Source: an uncultured delta proteobacterium (GTDB lineage Bacteria > Myxococcota_A > Polyangia > Fen-1088). From it: a stretch of 64,000 nt of DNA. The stretch is taken from NCBI GenBank assembly GCA_963755125.1, contig CAVWIP010000002.1, forward strand, positions 160,001 through 224,000. Direction: 5' to 3'. Under the pieces are notes generated by a model. The model did no database searches. It was not told where the DNA came from and worked only from the letters and a program-made list of their open reading frames with translations. Shown here one piece after another: positions 43,214 through 52,456 of the stretch; the first letter of the stretch is position 1, and every line of letters starts with the position of its first letter. Position numbers and translations under genes: made by a program.

Positions 43214-44329
43214 GTGAGCGAAAAGCAAGATTACTATCAAGTGCTCGGCGTGTCCCGCCAGGCGGATGCGTCCGAGTTGAAGCGGGCCTACCGCAAGCTG
43301 GCCCTCGAGCTACATCCAGACCGGAACCTCGGCGACAAGGAGTCCGAGGCGCGCTTCAAAGAGGCGTCGGAGGCTTATCAAGTGCTGTCTGACCCCGAGA
43401 AGCGCGCGCTTTACGATCGCTACGGTCACGAGGGGCCACGCGGGAGCGGGTTCGGCGGTGGCTTCAGCGATGTGAGCGATATTTTCTCTGCCTTCTCCGA
43501 CATTTTCGGCGATCTCTTTGGCGGTGGATTTGGTGGTGGTTCGGTTCGTGGGGCCAGACGGGGAGCCGACATAGAGACGCAGGTTGAACTGACACTGGCC
43601 GAGGTGGCGACCGGCGCGAGCAGGGAAGTCAAGGTGCAGAGGCGAGTCGTCTGCCAGGACTGCAGCGGATCGGGCGCTGCGCCGGGCACCTCGCGGGAGA
43701 CCTGTCCGCAGTGTCGGGGGCGTGGTCAGGTCATGCACGCGCAGGGCTTCCTCATGATCTCCACGACCTGTCCTGCCTGTCGGGGCGACGGCTCGGTCGT
43801 GCGCAAGCCGTGTCCTTCGTGCCGGGGGAGTGGACTGCGGGTGACGGATGAGAGTTTGCAAATCAACGTGCCCCAGGGCGTGGAGGACGGCTCCACCCTG
43901 CGGCTCTCTGGGCAGGGCGAGGGGGCACCAGGGGGCGGCCATGCGGGAAACCTGTATGTCCACATCCGGGTCGCGGATGATCCCCGTTTCGAGCGCGACG
44001 GTGCCGATCTGCACGCTGAGATCGCCGTCTCTTTTCCTCAGGCGGCGCTGGGGGCGACGCTGAAATCGCAATCTCTGGAGGGCGAGGTCGATGTGACGCT
44101 GGCGCCGGGGACACAACCGGGCGCGGCGGTGATTCTGCGGGGCCAGGGTTTGCCCCGCTTGCAGGAACGGGGCCGCGGCAACCTGATCGTGCACCTCAAA
44201 CTGGTCGTGCCGGCGTCCCTTTCGCCCGAGCAGGAGGAAGCCCTGCGCGCTTTTGCCGCTGCTGGCGGTGAACAGGTCGAACCTCCGTCGGAGAAGCGCG
44301 GTCTGTTCGGCCGCCGCAAGAAGAACTGA
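43214..44329 (+). CDS. dnaJ: Chaperone DnaJ
   Basis: DYYQVLGV, HPD, G/F-rich region, four CxxCxGxG repeats. Confidence 0.97.
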   Translation: MSEKQDYYQVLGVSRQADASELKRAYRKLALELHPDRNLGDKESEARFKEASEAYQVLSDPEKRALYDRYGHEGPRGSGFGGGFSDVSDIFSAFSDIFGDLFGGGFGGGSVRGARRGADIETQVELTLAEVATGASREVKVQRRVVCQDCSGSGAAPGTSRETCPQCRGRGQVMHAQGFLMISTTCPACRGDGSVVRKPCPSCRGSGLRVTDESLQINVPQGVEDGSTLRLSGQGEGAPGGGHAGNLYVHIRVADDPRFERDGADLHAEIAVSFPQAALGATLKSQSLEGEVDVTLAPGTQPGAAVILRGQGLPRLQERGRGNLIVHLKLVVPASLSPEQEEALRAFAAAGGEQVEPPSEKRGLFGRRKKN

Positions 44330-46771
44330 CTACTTTCCCTTCTTGGCCTCGGCCTTCTTGCTTTCGGCCTTGGGTAGCGCGAAGGAAAGGAGAGGCACCG
44401 GGCGGTCGTGCTGGTAGAGCCAGGAATACGCGAACACCGAGGACAGCACGCGCTTGGTGTAGTTGCGGGTCTCGTCATAGGGAATCGTCTCGAGGAACTC
44501 GTCCAGTTCCACAGGGCCGCGCTCATGCAGCCAGCGATCCACCGCGGCCTCTCCCGCGTTGTATCCGGCGATGGCCAGAGGAAGGGTTCTATCGAAGTGG
44601 TCCAGCAGAAAAGCCAGGAAGCGCGAGCCCACTTCCAGATTCTTGGCCGGGTCCAACAGGGATTCACGGGTCACGCGCCACTTGGCGAAGCGTTGAGCGG
44701 TACGCACCAGCATCTGGGTGAGCCCGAGGGCGTTGGCAAAGGACTCCGCCCTTGGAGAAAACGCGCTCTCCTCGCGCATGATGGCGAGCTGCAGAGCCTC
44801 GGGCACGCGGTTGTCTTTGCTGTTCTTGCTCACCAGATCGGGGAAGGCACGCGGATACGCCAGGCGCCACTCGGCGTCGTGGCGCGCATCGGTCGGATAC
44901 GACCAGCGGTATGAGGTGAGAGTGCTGCGGGGGATGGCGTGCGAGGCGCTCCACAGTCGGGCACGGTCGAGCAGGATCGCGGTGATCCAGTACCCGTCCT
45001 CTCGTGAAGGGGTCTTGCTGGCGCTTTGTGATTCCTGCGCGTGGTCGGAGAGCGCCAAGCCAAGACGGGCCAGTTCGCGGCGTGCGTCGCTGCCCAGGCC
45101 CAGACGGGCCAACTCAACCGCGCGCAGGAAGCCCGCTTCGGCAAAAAGGGGCTGGGGTCGAAAGTTCCACGCGGACTGTTTCTGTCCCGTCGAGAGAGGA
45201 GGTCGCAGCTCGCGCAAGAGATCGGCGCGCGCATGGGGGAAGCTGTGTCGCATTCGCTCGAGGGCGAACAGCGCATAGACCGAGAGAGGATACTCTCGTA
45301 TTGCGCGCGCGTAGGCTTGCTGGGCCCGGCCCGTGGCGCCTTGCTTTTCAAAGATGCGACCCTTCCAGTAGTGGGCCCGCCCGGCGGCGTAGTAGATTTC
45401 CTCGCGCGGGAAGCGGCGAAGATCCTCGTCGAGCCAGTGCAGGGCCTTGCCCCAATCGCCCGCTCGCCAGGCCGCGAAGGCCAGGCGCCACAGGGCCTCA
45501 CTCGCCACGTCGCCCTTGGGATAGCGGTCGGGCAGATCGCGCAGGCGCTGCTCGGCGCCATCATCGTCGCCCGCGTCGGCCAGCACCTCGGCCGCGCGCA
45601 AGCGAGCATCGTCCGCGAAGCGGTGCTCGGGAAACTCCGACTCGATGCGGGCGTACAGAGCGAGGGCCTTGTCGCGCTCGCCGGCTGAAGCCAGGCAACG
45701 CGCGCCCTGGTACAGCGAGCGCACCACCAGGTCGCGATTCTGCGCGCGCTGGCACGCGGTCTCGGCCTCGGCAAACAGCGGCGCCGCGCGCGTGCGCTGA
45801 CGCTGCTTCCACACCGATTGGGCGCGGTGAAAGTGCGCCACGCACTCGGTGGCGGCATCCAGTCCGGGCGCGGTCAAGGCTGCGGCAAAAGCTGCTTCGG
45901 ACTGGGCGTTCTGGTTCTTGTCGAACAGGCCCATGCCACGCGTGGCCCATTCCTCGGCGCTGGGAGTCGCTAGCGTGGTCTTTTGCGCAGGTGCGGCTGT
46001 TTTGGCCAGAGCTTGCAAGTTCTCGTCGGCCCGCGCGGCCCAAGCTTCCAGCGGGGCTTCAGCCCAGATACGCCGTAGAACTGCGGCGATTTCCTCCACC
46101 GGGCGCTGCAATTGCTGCATGGCCTCGGCAAGGTGGAATTTGGCCTCGGCCCGGCGTGGCCCGGCCGGAAAACTGTCGAGAAAAGCCTTTGCCTCGCTCT
46201 CCACCTCGGACCAGCGTTTCCTCGCGCCCAAGGCATCGATCTTGACCAACACCGCCTCGGCCTCGGGCACCGTGTGGGAAGGCACACGCACCGCCCAGGC
46301 GAGCGCGCCTTCGGCATCGCCCCGGCGCAGCCGGCAGCGAGCCGCGTTGTAGGCGTGATAGGGAGCCAGTTCAGGGTAACTGGACCAGAGATCCTCGAAG
46401 AGATCGCCGGCAGCCTGCCAGGCGTTCAGATTCATGTGCGCCAGAGCCAGGAGAAAGCGCGCCTGGTTGCGCTCGGGTGCACGCCTGGGCATCGCGGCCA
46501 GTGCGCCGGCCAGTTGTTGCGCGGCCGTGGCAAAGTCGCCAGCACGGAAGAGATCGGCTCCGGCGTGGGCTGGTCCAGATGCGAAGAATGGCTCGAGCCA
46601 GCGCTTGTCAAACGGAACAGGGGCTCGGGCGCTGGCTAGAGCGGTCTCCTCGCCACGCTCCTCGGTCACCGTCGCCTCTTCGCCCTCGGGTGGCTGCTCG
46701 GCGGCAAGGGCGATTCGGGGCAAGAAAAGGAGCGCCAGCATTACGGCGCCCGAGAGTTTTTTCGTGGGCAC
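44330..46771 (-). CDS. Soluble lytic transglycosylase (TPR superhelix + SLT domain)
   Basis: Signal peptide, multiple TPRs, IMREESAF catalytic Glu, GLTQM, AGYNAG, ETRNYTKRV. Confidence 0.92.
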   Translation of the reverse strand: MPTKKLSGAVMLALLFLPRIALAAEQPPEGEEATVTEERGEETALASARAPVPFDKRWLEPFFASGPAHAGADLFRAGDFATAAQQLAGALAAMPRRAPERNQARFLLALAHMNLNAWQAAGDLFEDLWSSYPELAPYHAYNAARCRLRRGDAEGALAWAVRVPSHTVPEAEAVLVKIDALGARKRWSEVESEAKAFLDSFPAGPRRAEAKFHLAEAMQQLQRPVEEIAAVLRRIWAEAPLEAWAARADENLQALAKTAAPAQKTTLATPSAEEWATRGMGLFDKNQNAQSEAAFAAALTAPGLDAATECVAHFHRAQSVWKQRQRTRAAPLFAEAETACQRAQNRDLVVRSLYQGARCLASAGERDKALALYARIESEFPEHRFADDARLRAAEVLADAGDDDGAEQRLRDLPDRYPKGDVASEALWRLAFAAWRAGDWGKALHWLDEDLRRFPREEIYYAAGRAHYWKGRIFEKQGATGRAQQAYARAIREYPLSVYALFALERMRHSFPHARADLLRELRPPLSTGQKQSAWNFRPQPLFAEAGFLRAVELARLGLGSDARRELARLGLALSDHAQESQSASKTPSREDGYWITAILLDRARLWSASHAIPRSTLTSYRWSYPTDARHDAEWRLAYPRAFPDLVSKNSKDNRVPEALQLAIMREESAFSPRAESFANALGLTQMLVRTAQRFAKWRVTRESLLDPAKNLEVGSRFLAFLLDHFDRTLPLAIAGYNAGEAAVDRWLHERGPVELDEFLETIPYDETRNYTKRVLSSVFAYSWLYQHDRPVPLLSFALPKAESKKAEAKKGK

Positions 46772-46780
46772 TTTGGACCG

Positions 46781-47044
46781 CTAGGGCGCCTTGGCGGTCT
46801 CCAGGCCGGAGCTCTTGTCGAGCGTTTTGCGGTTCTCTATCTGCCGGATGGCCTGAAACTCGCCGGTGAGGCTGCTGATGCTCTGGTCAAGCAGGTTGAT
46901 GTCATCTTCCAGCATGGCATTCTTCTGCTTGAGCAGGCGGAGGTCGTGACTCAGGCGCGCGACTGCCCACAGAATAATGAGCAGGTTGGGGACCAACGCG
47001 ATGACGGTGACAGCCCCAACCTGGGGATCAAGAAAATGATTCAT
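46781..47044 (-). CDS. Small bitopic membrane protein with leucine-zipper coiled coil
   Basis: 87 aa; one TM then Leu at every 7th residue over five heptads; sits between two same-strand genes. Confidence 0.6.
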   Translation of the reverse strand: MNHFLDPQVGAVTVIALVPNLLIILWAVARLSHDLRLLKQKNAMLEDDINLLDQSISSLTGEFQAIRQIENRKTLDKSSGLETAKAP

Positions 47045-47094
47045 CGGAGGTCCACCGGTGACAGTACACTCTTTCTCGACCCTTGGCCACCTGG

Positions 47095-47991
47095 CTACCG
47101 CCAGAGACACACACGATCGCGGCCCGTGCGCTTGGCCTCGTACAGGGCATGATCCGCCGCCGCGACGAAGCCCTGGGCATCCACGATGCGGGGATCCGGG
47201 ATGGTTGCAACCCCGGCGCTGACGGTGATGGGGATGTTGGTCCCGACGAACACGAACGGGTGGCCGGACACGGTTTGTCGCACCCGCTCGGCGATAATCC
47301 GGCCTTGCGTGATGTCGGCACCTCGACAAATGATGGAGAATTCCTCGCCGCCCACGCGCGCAAACACGTCTTCCACGCGCACGACGGCCTGCACGGCGGC
47401 GGCCATCTCCGCCAGGACGTAGTCGCCCGCCGGGTGGCCGTAAGTGTCATTGACCTCTTTGAAATGGTCGACGTCGAAGGTCACCAGCGCGAGGGGCGTC
47501 TTCTGCCGGAGCGAGTAGGCAAACTCGCTCTCCACGCGGTCGGTGAAGTACTTCTTGTTGAAGATCTTGGTCAAATCATCGCGCAGGGCCGATTCGTACA
47601 TCTGGCGCTGGAAGGTCTCGTCCAAGTTGTCGTGGAAGGTGAACTTCAGAACCGTTCCCGAACCCACCAGGATCTTGTCCCCATCCTCCAGTTCCTGGCG
47701 GTCGATGCGCGTGCCCCGGCAGAATGTCCCGTTGGTGGAGCCCAGGTCGTGCAGAACCGCCTTGTCGCTTTCCATGACGATCTCGCAGTGTTCGCGCGAC
47801 ACACCGTCGTCGACCATGCGAACCTGGGCTTTCTGGCCACGGCCGATGATGGTCCGCTCGCGGGTAAGCTTGTACATCTCGCCCATCGCGCTTCCAGCCA
47901 GCACGATCAGACAGGCGCAGTCGCGCTTCGAGGGAGCCCTGGCTGTTCCCGGGGGCTTTTCCTCCACGCGTGTGACGTCGTCCCAGGTCAC
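47095..47991 (-). CDS. FHA-domain diguanylate cyclase
   Basis: IGRG...VSREH...DLGSTNGT FHA; DDLTKIFN, RVED I-site, GGEEF, AKRTGRDRV. Confidence 0.93.
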   Translation of the reverse strand: MTWDDVTRVEEKPPGTARAPSKRDCACLIVLAGSAMGEMYKLTRERTIIGRGQKAQVRMVDDGVSREHCEIVMESDKAVLHDLGSTNGTFCRGTRIDRQELEDGDKILVGSGTVLKFTFHDNLDETFQRQMYESALRDDLTKIFNKKYFTDRVESEFAYSLRQKTPLALVTFDVDHFKEVNDTYGHPAGDYVLAEMAAAVQAVVRVEDVFARVGGEEFSIICRGADITQGRIIAERVRQTVSGHPFVFVGTNIPITVSAGVATIPDPRIVDAQGFVAAADHALYEAKRTGRDRVCLWR

Positions 47992-48024
47992 GTTGAGTAC
48001 CTAATGAATGCTATCATCAAAGTG

Positions 48025-48876
48025 CTAGCCGCCGACCAAGCGTTGGGCAAGGGCGCGCAATGGTTCGGCACGTCCGTCAAACGGGGAGAGAGCGTCAAGC
48101 GCGGTTTGGGTGAGCGCATGTAGGCGTTGGCTTGCCTGGGTTCGCGTGGCCACATTGTCTCCATCGGCAAGATCGTCGGCGTGCTGAAACGCCACGCCGA
48201 AGTGCATGCCGAATTGCGCCAACGCCTTCTCCTGCACTGGCCCTGCCTCTGCCACAGCCGCGCCGACTTCCAAGGCAGCTCGGAACAAGGCACCGGTCTT
48301 TTCGGCGGCGAGACGCTCTACCGCTTGCAGCGATTGAGTTTGCGGCTCCGCCAGATCGCGTGCCTGCCCACGCACCATCCCTGACATGCCGGCGCCCCTC
48401 GCCAGCGCGGCGACGGCACGCAAATAGCGCTGCGCCACCAGGGGATCGCCGGTCGAGGTCAGGGCGGCCGCGCCCGCCTCCGCCAGGAGTTCGAACGCGA
48501 GCGTCAACAAGGCGTCCCCGGCCAGGATGGCGGTGGCCTCGCCGAAAACCCTGTGATTGGTGGGCTGTCCACGGCGCAGGTCATCGTCGTCCATGGCCGG
48601 AAGGTCGTCGTGGATGAGCGAGTAGCAGTGAACCATCTCGACCGCCGCGGCAGCGAGGCGTATGGGTTCGTCGGGCTTGTGGCCAACCGCTTCGGCGGCA
48701 GCCAGCACGAGCAGGGGACGCAGCCGCTTGCCCGGTGCGAGCAGGGAGTAGCGCATGGCCTCGATCAGGCGACCTGGATCCTGGTCCGGCGCCACGGCAG
48801 CCAGCCGCGCGGCGAGCAGAGTATCGACCTCAGCACGCCGCGTTTGCAGCCAGGATTCCAGATCGAAGTCGCTCAC
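48025..48876 (-). CDS. ispA: Polyprenyl (farnesyl) diphosphate synthase with shortened C-terminal region
   Basis: GKRLRP, HDDLPAMDDDDLRRG, GQARD, KTGALF, FQHADD; GTGA overlap with the xseB stop. Confidence 0.9.
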   Translation of the reverse strand: MSDFDLESWLQTRRAEVDTLLAARLAAVAPDQDPGRLIEAMRYSLLAPGKRLRPLLVLAAAEAVGHKPDEPIRLAAAAVEMVHCYSLIHDDLPAMDDDDLRRGQPTNHRVFGEATAILAGDALLTLAFELLAEAGAAALTSTGDPLVAQRYLRAVAALARGAGMSGMVRGQARDLAEPQTQSLQAVERLAAEKTGALFRAALEVGAAVAEAGPVQEKALAQFGMHFGVAFQHADDLADGDNVATRTQASQRLHALTQTALDALSPFDGRAEPLRALAQRLVGG

Positions 48877-49142
48877 TCGTTCTCTTCGTGATCCGGTGGA
48901 GGCGCAAGAGGAGCCGTGCGGGGGCCGTCTTCCGTGGCCAACAGGACTTCCACCCGCTTTTCCGCTCGGTCGAGAAGGTCGGCGCCGCGGCCGCACAGGC
49001 GCATGCCCTCTTCGAAGCAACCCAGCCCTTCCTCGAGAGAGAGGTTGCCACCCTCCAGACGTTCGACCAGCACGCGCAGGCGTGCAAGGATCTCGTCGAA
49101 CTTGACCGGGTCAGCGGTTGGCGGGGTCGCGCTCGGGGCCAT
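48873..49142 (-). CDS. xseB: Exodeoxyribonuclease VII small subunit
   Basis: FDEILARLRVLVERLEGGNLSLEEGLGCFEEGMRL...LDRAEKRV; canonical xseB-ispA order. Confidence 0.93.
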   Translation of the reverse strand: MAPSATPPTADPVKFDEILARLRVLVERLEGGNLSLEEGLGCFEEGMRLCGRGADLLDRAEKRVEVLLATEDGPRTAPLAPPPDHEENE

Positions 49143-49244
49143 GGAAGTATCCATTGTAGCAAGTTGCGCGGTGTCGGGAGTCTATTTTGGTCGCTCACCC
49201 AGCTACCAATCTTCGACAGGACTAGTGCTATCGTGCGTGCCAGC

Positions 49245-50774
49245 GTGACCAGCGAAGGCATCGCCCTCCCTGCCAACAGGCACAGGGGCCGCTTCGGCCT
49301 CCGGGCCCAAATCCTGCTTGGGCTGGCCGCCGTCACGCTCATCGCGATCCTCACCACCGGGTTTCTCGCCCTCTGGGCGGCCGGCAACACCCTGCGCGTT
49401 CATCGCGAGACCGAGGCCGTGACGTTGGCGTCTGCCTCGGCCAGGATGGCCGCCGCTCTCATGGACCGTCAAGGCGGGATCGCCTCGCCCGAGAGTCGGG
49501 AGCAGCTTCGGGCGGCCTTGTCCTCGTTGTCCGAACGATCGGGGGGCATCGGGTTCTCCGTGCTGTCGGCCGGCCGCACCGTGATCGCCTCCTGGCCGCC
49601 GCGTTCGGTCCGCGACGTTGATCCGCCGATTGCCAACAGTGTCGTGGCGGGGAGCCCGCCTGTGCTGCAGTACCGTGATTCGCCTGCCGACGGCGCCACG
49701 CAGTTGTTGGCCTACGCCGGTATCGAAAGCAAAGGACGAATCGTCGGCGCAATCCGCGTGGTGCTGGATGCGCCCGCACCGGTACACGTGGTGTTGAGGC
49801 GATCGGGCTGGCTGCTTCTCAGCCTGGTCTGCGGTGATGCGTTGCTGGTGCTGGCGCTGGGCTATTTCGTGCTGACCCAGATGGTGGTTCGGCCCCTGCG
49901 CGAGATGGAGCGGGCCACCGCGCAGGTTGGGGTGGGCGACTGGGACCAGCACATCGACCTGCCCGGCCCATCCGAGCTGAGCGCGCTGGCTAGTGCTTTC
50001 AACCAGATGACTTCGTCGCTGGCGGCCCAGCGCGAGCAACTGATTCGCTCCGAGAAGCTCGCGTCGGTCGGGCAACTGGCGGCGGGCGTGGCACACGAGA
50101 TCGGAAATCCGCTTGCGGCGATTTTGGGCTACGTCGATATCCTGCGTGCGGATGCGGCGGGGACCGGCGTCTTGCCCGACGCCGAGCGGCGTGATGCCCT
50201 CGACCGGGTCAAGACGGAAACCCAGCGTATCAACCGTATTATTCGCAACTTGCTCGAGTACTCGCGTCCCAGCCATGAAGAGCCGTCGCCCATCGATCCC
50301 CTCAACGTCGTGCGCTCGGCACAGGCGCTGCTCGCTCCCCAGGCCCGGCTGCGCGAGGTGCGCATAACGGCGACGCCGGACACAGGCCCGTGGCCCACGG
50401 TCATGGTGTCGCAGGGACGCATGACCCAGGTTTTGGTGAATCTTCTGCTCAACGCCGCCGATGCGATGGGCGGAAAGGGCGACGTGGCCGTCACCTGCGA
50501 GAGCATCGGGGAGCGGGTTCGCATTGCCGTCAGTGACGAAGGCCCTGGCATCGAGCGCGAACTGCGGCGCAAGGTGTTCGACCCCTTCTTCACCACCAAG
50601 CCACCTGGCCAGGGCACTGGGCTCGGGCTTTCGATCTCGCGAGCCATCGTGGAAACCTATGGCGGCACGCTCGAACTCGATCCCGAAGCGGTGGGTGGCG
50701 CCTGCTTCGTCATCGACCTGCCGGCGGCGCCGGGCCCGTCGCTGGCCGACGGCGGGTCGGCCCACAGCGCATGA
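49245..50774 (+). CDS. Membrane sensor histidine kinase (2 TM, HAMP, HisKA, HATPase; NtrB-like)
   Basis: EKLASVGQLAAGVAHEIGNPL, NLLLNAADA, DEGPGI, FDPFFTTK, GTGLGL. Start inferred. Confidence 0.93.
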   Translation: MTSEGIALPANRHRGRFGLRAQILLGLAAVTLIAILTTGFLALWAAGNTLRVHRETEAVTLASASARMAAALMDRQGGIASPESREQLRAALSSLSERSGGIGFSVLSAGRTVIASWPPRSVRDVDPPIANSVVAGSPPVLQYRDSPADGATQLLAYAGIESKGRIVGAIRVVLDAPAPVHVVLRRSGWLLLSLVCGDALLVLALGYFVLTQMVVRPLREMERATAQVGVGDWDQHIDLPGPSELSALASAFNQMTSSLAAQREQLIRSEKLASVGQLAAGVAHEIGNPLAAILGYVDILRADAAGTGVLPDAERRDALDRVKTETQRINRIIRNLLEYSRPSHEEPSPIDPLNVVRSAQALLAPQARLREVRITATPDTGPWPTVMVSQGRMTQVLVNLLLNAADAMGGKGDVAVTCESIGERVRIAVSDEGPGIERELRRKVFDPFFTTKPPGQGTGLGLSISRAIVETYGGTLELDPEAVGGACFVIDLPAAPGPSLADGGSAHSA

Positions 50775-51343
50775 CGACCGGAGAGGGAGTCGCGTTGACC
50801 CGTACCGCGAAAAGAGAGGTGTTCAGCCTCGCTGCCCGCCTTGTGCTCGTCGCAGTCGCGTTGACCCAGGCCACACCGGCGGCCGCCGACAGCAGCACGG
50901 GTCTTGCGATTGGACCAAGTGTCGGCGCTGTTGTCGGGTCACCCACCCATATCGCCCCGGCGTTTGGCCTCGACGGTTCACTGGCGTTGGTGTCCGGTTC
51001 CATCATCACGCTGGCCAGTTCCGGAGGTTCCACTCTTGGGGTCCTGTGGATTTCGGGTGGCATCCTGTTGGGCACGAGCCCCACACAACTTTGGGGCTAC
51101 GGGGAGATCGGGAGCTGGTTCTTCGTCTGCTACGGTGCAGGGGCCTCTGCGCGTCTCTATGGCAGCGCCGGAGGCAAGGGTGACGTCCATTTGTTCGTGG
51201 GGGTGCCCATCCCCCTGTCGCTTTCCAACCAGTCGACGCTCCCCTATCTGCAGCCGTACTACCGTGCACACTGGGCCGTCGATCCCAACTTTGGGTTCGA
51301 CTTTCACGAGTTCGGTCTGCTGGTCAAATTGGGCTTCCGCTGA
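50771..51343 (+). CDS. Exported hypothetical protein, probable small outer-membrane beta-barrel
   Basis: ATGA overlap with the kinase stop, signal peptide ending PAAA, Gly/aromatic amphipathic strands, ends VKLGFR. Confidence 0.6.
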   Translation: MTTGEGVALTRTAKREVFSLAARLVLVAVALTQATPAAADSSTGLAIGPSVGAVVGSPTHIAPAFGLDGSLALVSGSIITLASSGGSTLGVLWISGGILLGTSPTQLWGYGEIGSWFFVCYGAGASARLYGSAGGKGDVHLFVGVPIPLSLSNQSTLPYLQPYYRAHWAVDPNFGFDFHEFGLLVKLGFR

Positions 51344-51553
51344 CCGTTGATCGATCACAAAAAGCGTGGCATTGGTGTGGAATTTCGTTAGAATGCTTGC
51401 AGAAGACACCCGGTGATCGACGAGCGCGACTGGCCGGTCGGCAGAGCCTCAAACAAAGGTGCGAACTTGGCGGAGCTACCAGCGCAGGCCGCGCGGCCAG
51501 CGCGACCAGGGCCGGGGCGGTCTGAGCCACGCGAACCTCGAGGTGGGGTCTTG

Positions 51554-52318
51554 CTAGTTCAGCCGGCACTCAAGCACCAGCACCGTGATGTTGTCGGGGC
51601 CACCGGCCTTGTTGGCCGCTTCCACCAGCTTGTGGGCAGCATCGTCCAGGTCGACCCCCACCTTGAGCAGGTCGCGGAAAGTCGGAGGCTCGACCACACC
51701 CGACAGTCCATCAGAGCAGAGCAGAAAGATGTCGCCGTCCTTAACCTCGGCGGCCGAGATGTCGACCTGTACCGTGTCCTTCATGCCGAGCGCGCGGGTG
51801 ATCACGTTGCGGTGCGGAAACTTCTTCTGCTCGTCCTCCGACATGCCCGGCCGGGCCTCCTTGTAGTCCTCAAGCAACGAGTGGTCCCGCGTGAGTTGCT
51901 CGGCGACACCATCGCGGATTCGATAGCAACGTGAATCCCCGACGTGGGCGATGTAGAACTTGTCCTCGAATATCTGACCGATGACCACGGTCGTGCCCAT
52001 GCCGGTCATGCGCACGTCACGGGTGGCGGCTTCGTGGATTCTCCTGTTGGCGTGCTTGATGGCCACCACCAGGCGGTTCTCCAGGTATGACAGCGCCCGG
52101 TCCATCTTGTACGGCCAGGTGGCGTCGTCGTCTCGGGAACGGGCGAAAAACTCGCGGATCATGTCGGCGGCCATTTTCGAGGCCACCTCGCCGCTGGCAT
52201 GGCCACCCATTCCGTCGGCGACCAGGAAGAGCTGCTCATCCTCGATGAGGCAGAAGTAGTCCTCGTTGTGGTTGCGTTTCAGCCCGGGATCCGTCTTGGC
52301 GGCATAGCGGATATGCAT
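51554..52318 (-). CDS. PP2C-family Ser/Thr phosphatase (Pph1/Stp1-like)
   Basis: [50 protein letters not shown]. Start 52318 or 52348. Confidence 0.93.
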   Translation of the reverse strand: MHIRYAAKTDPGLKRNHNEDYFCLIEDEQLFLVADGMGGHASGEVASKMAADMIREFFARSRDDDATWPYKMDRALSYLENRLVVAIKHANRRIHEAATRDVRMTGMGTTVVIGQIFEDKFYIAHVGDSRCYRIRDGVAEQLTRDHSLLEDYKEARPGMSEDEQKKFPHRNVITRALGMKDTVQVDISAAEVKDGDIFLLCSDGLSGVVEPPTFRDLLKVGVDLDDAAHKLVEAANKAGGPDNITVLVLECRLN

Positions 52319-52410
52319 AGTCAGCCGGTACAGTTGAGCGTTGTCCATCGCTTCTGTCAACCTCGGAGCGCGCGATGGCGTGCGGTCGTGCTGCCAGAGC
52401 GTTTCCCTTG

Positions 52411-52456
52411 TTGACGGTCTGTCGTCCCGTGGATAAGGTACTGAACGAATGTCTAT
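52411..52456 (+). promoter_or_regulatory. cinA-recA promoter with LexA box
   Basis: TTGACG (52411-52416)-N17-TAAGGT (52434-52439), then CTGAACGAATGTCTAT (52441-52456), 14/16 to the Myxococcus LexA box core and sharing TACTGAACnAAYGT with the lexA site. Confidence 0.8.
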
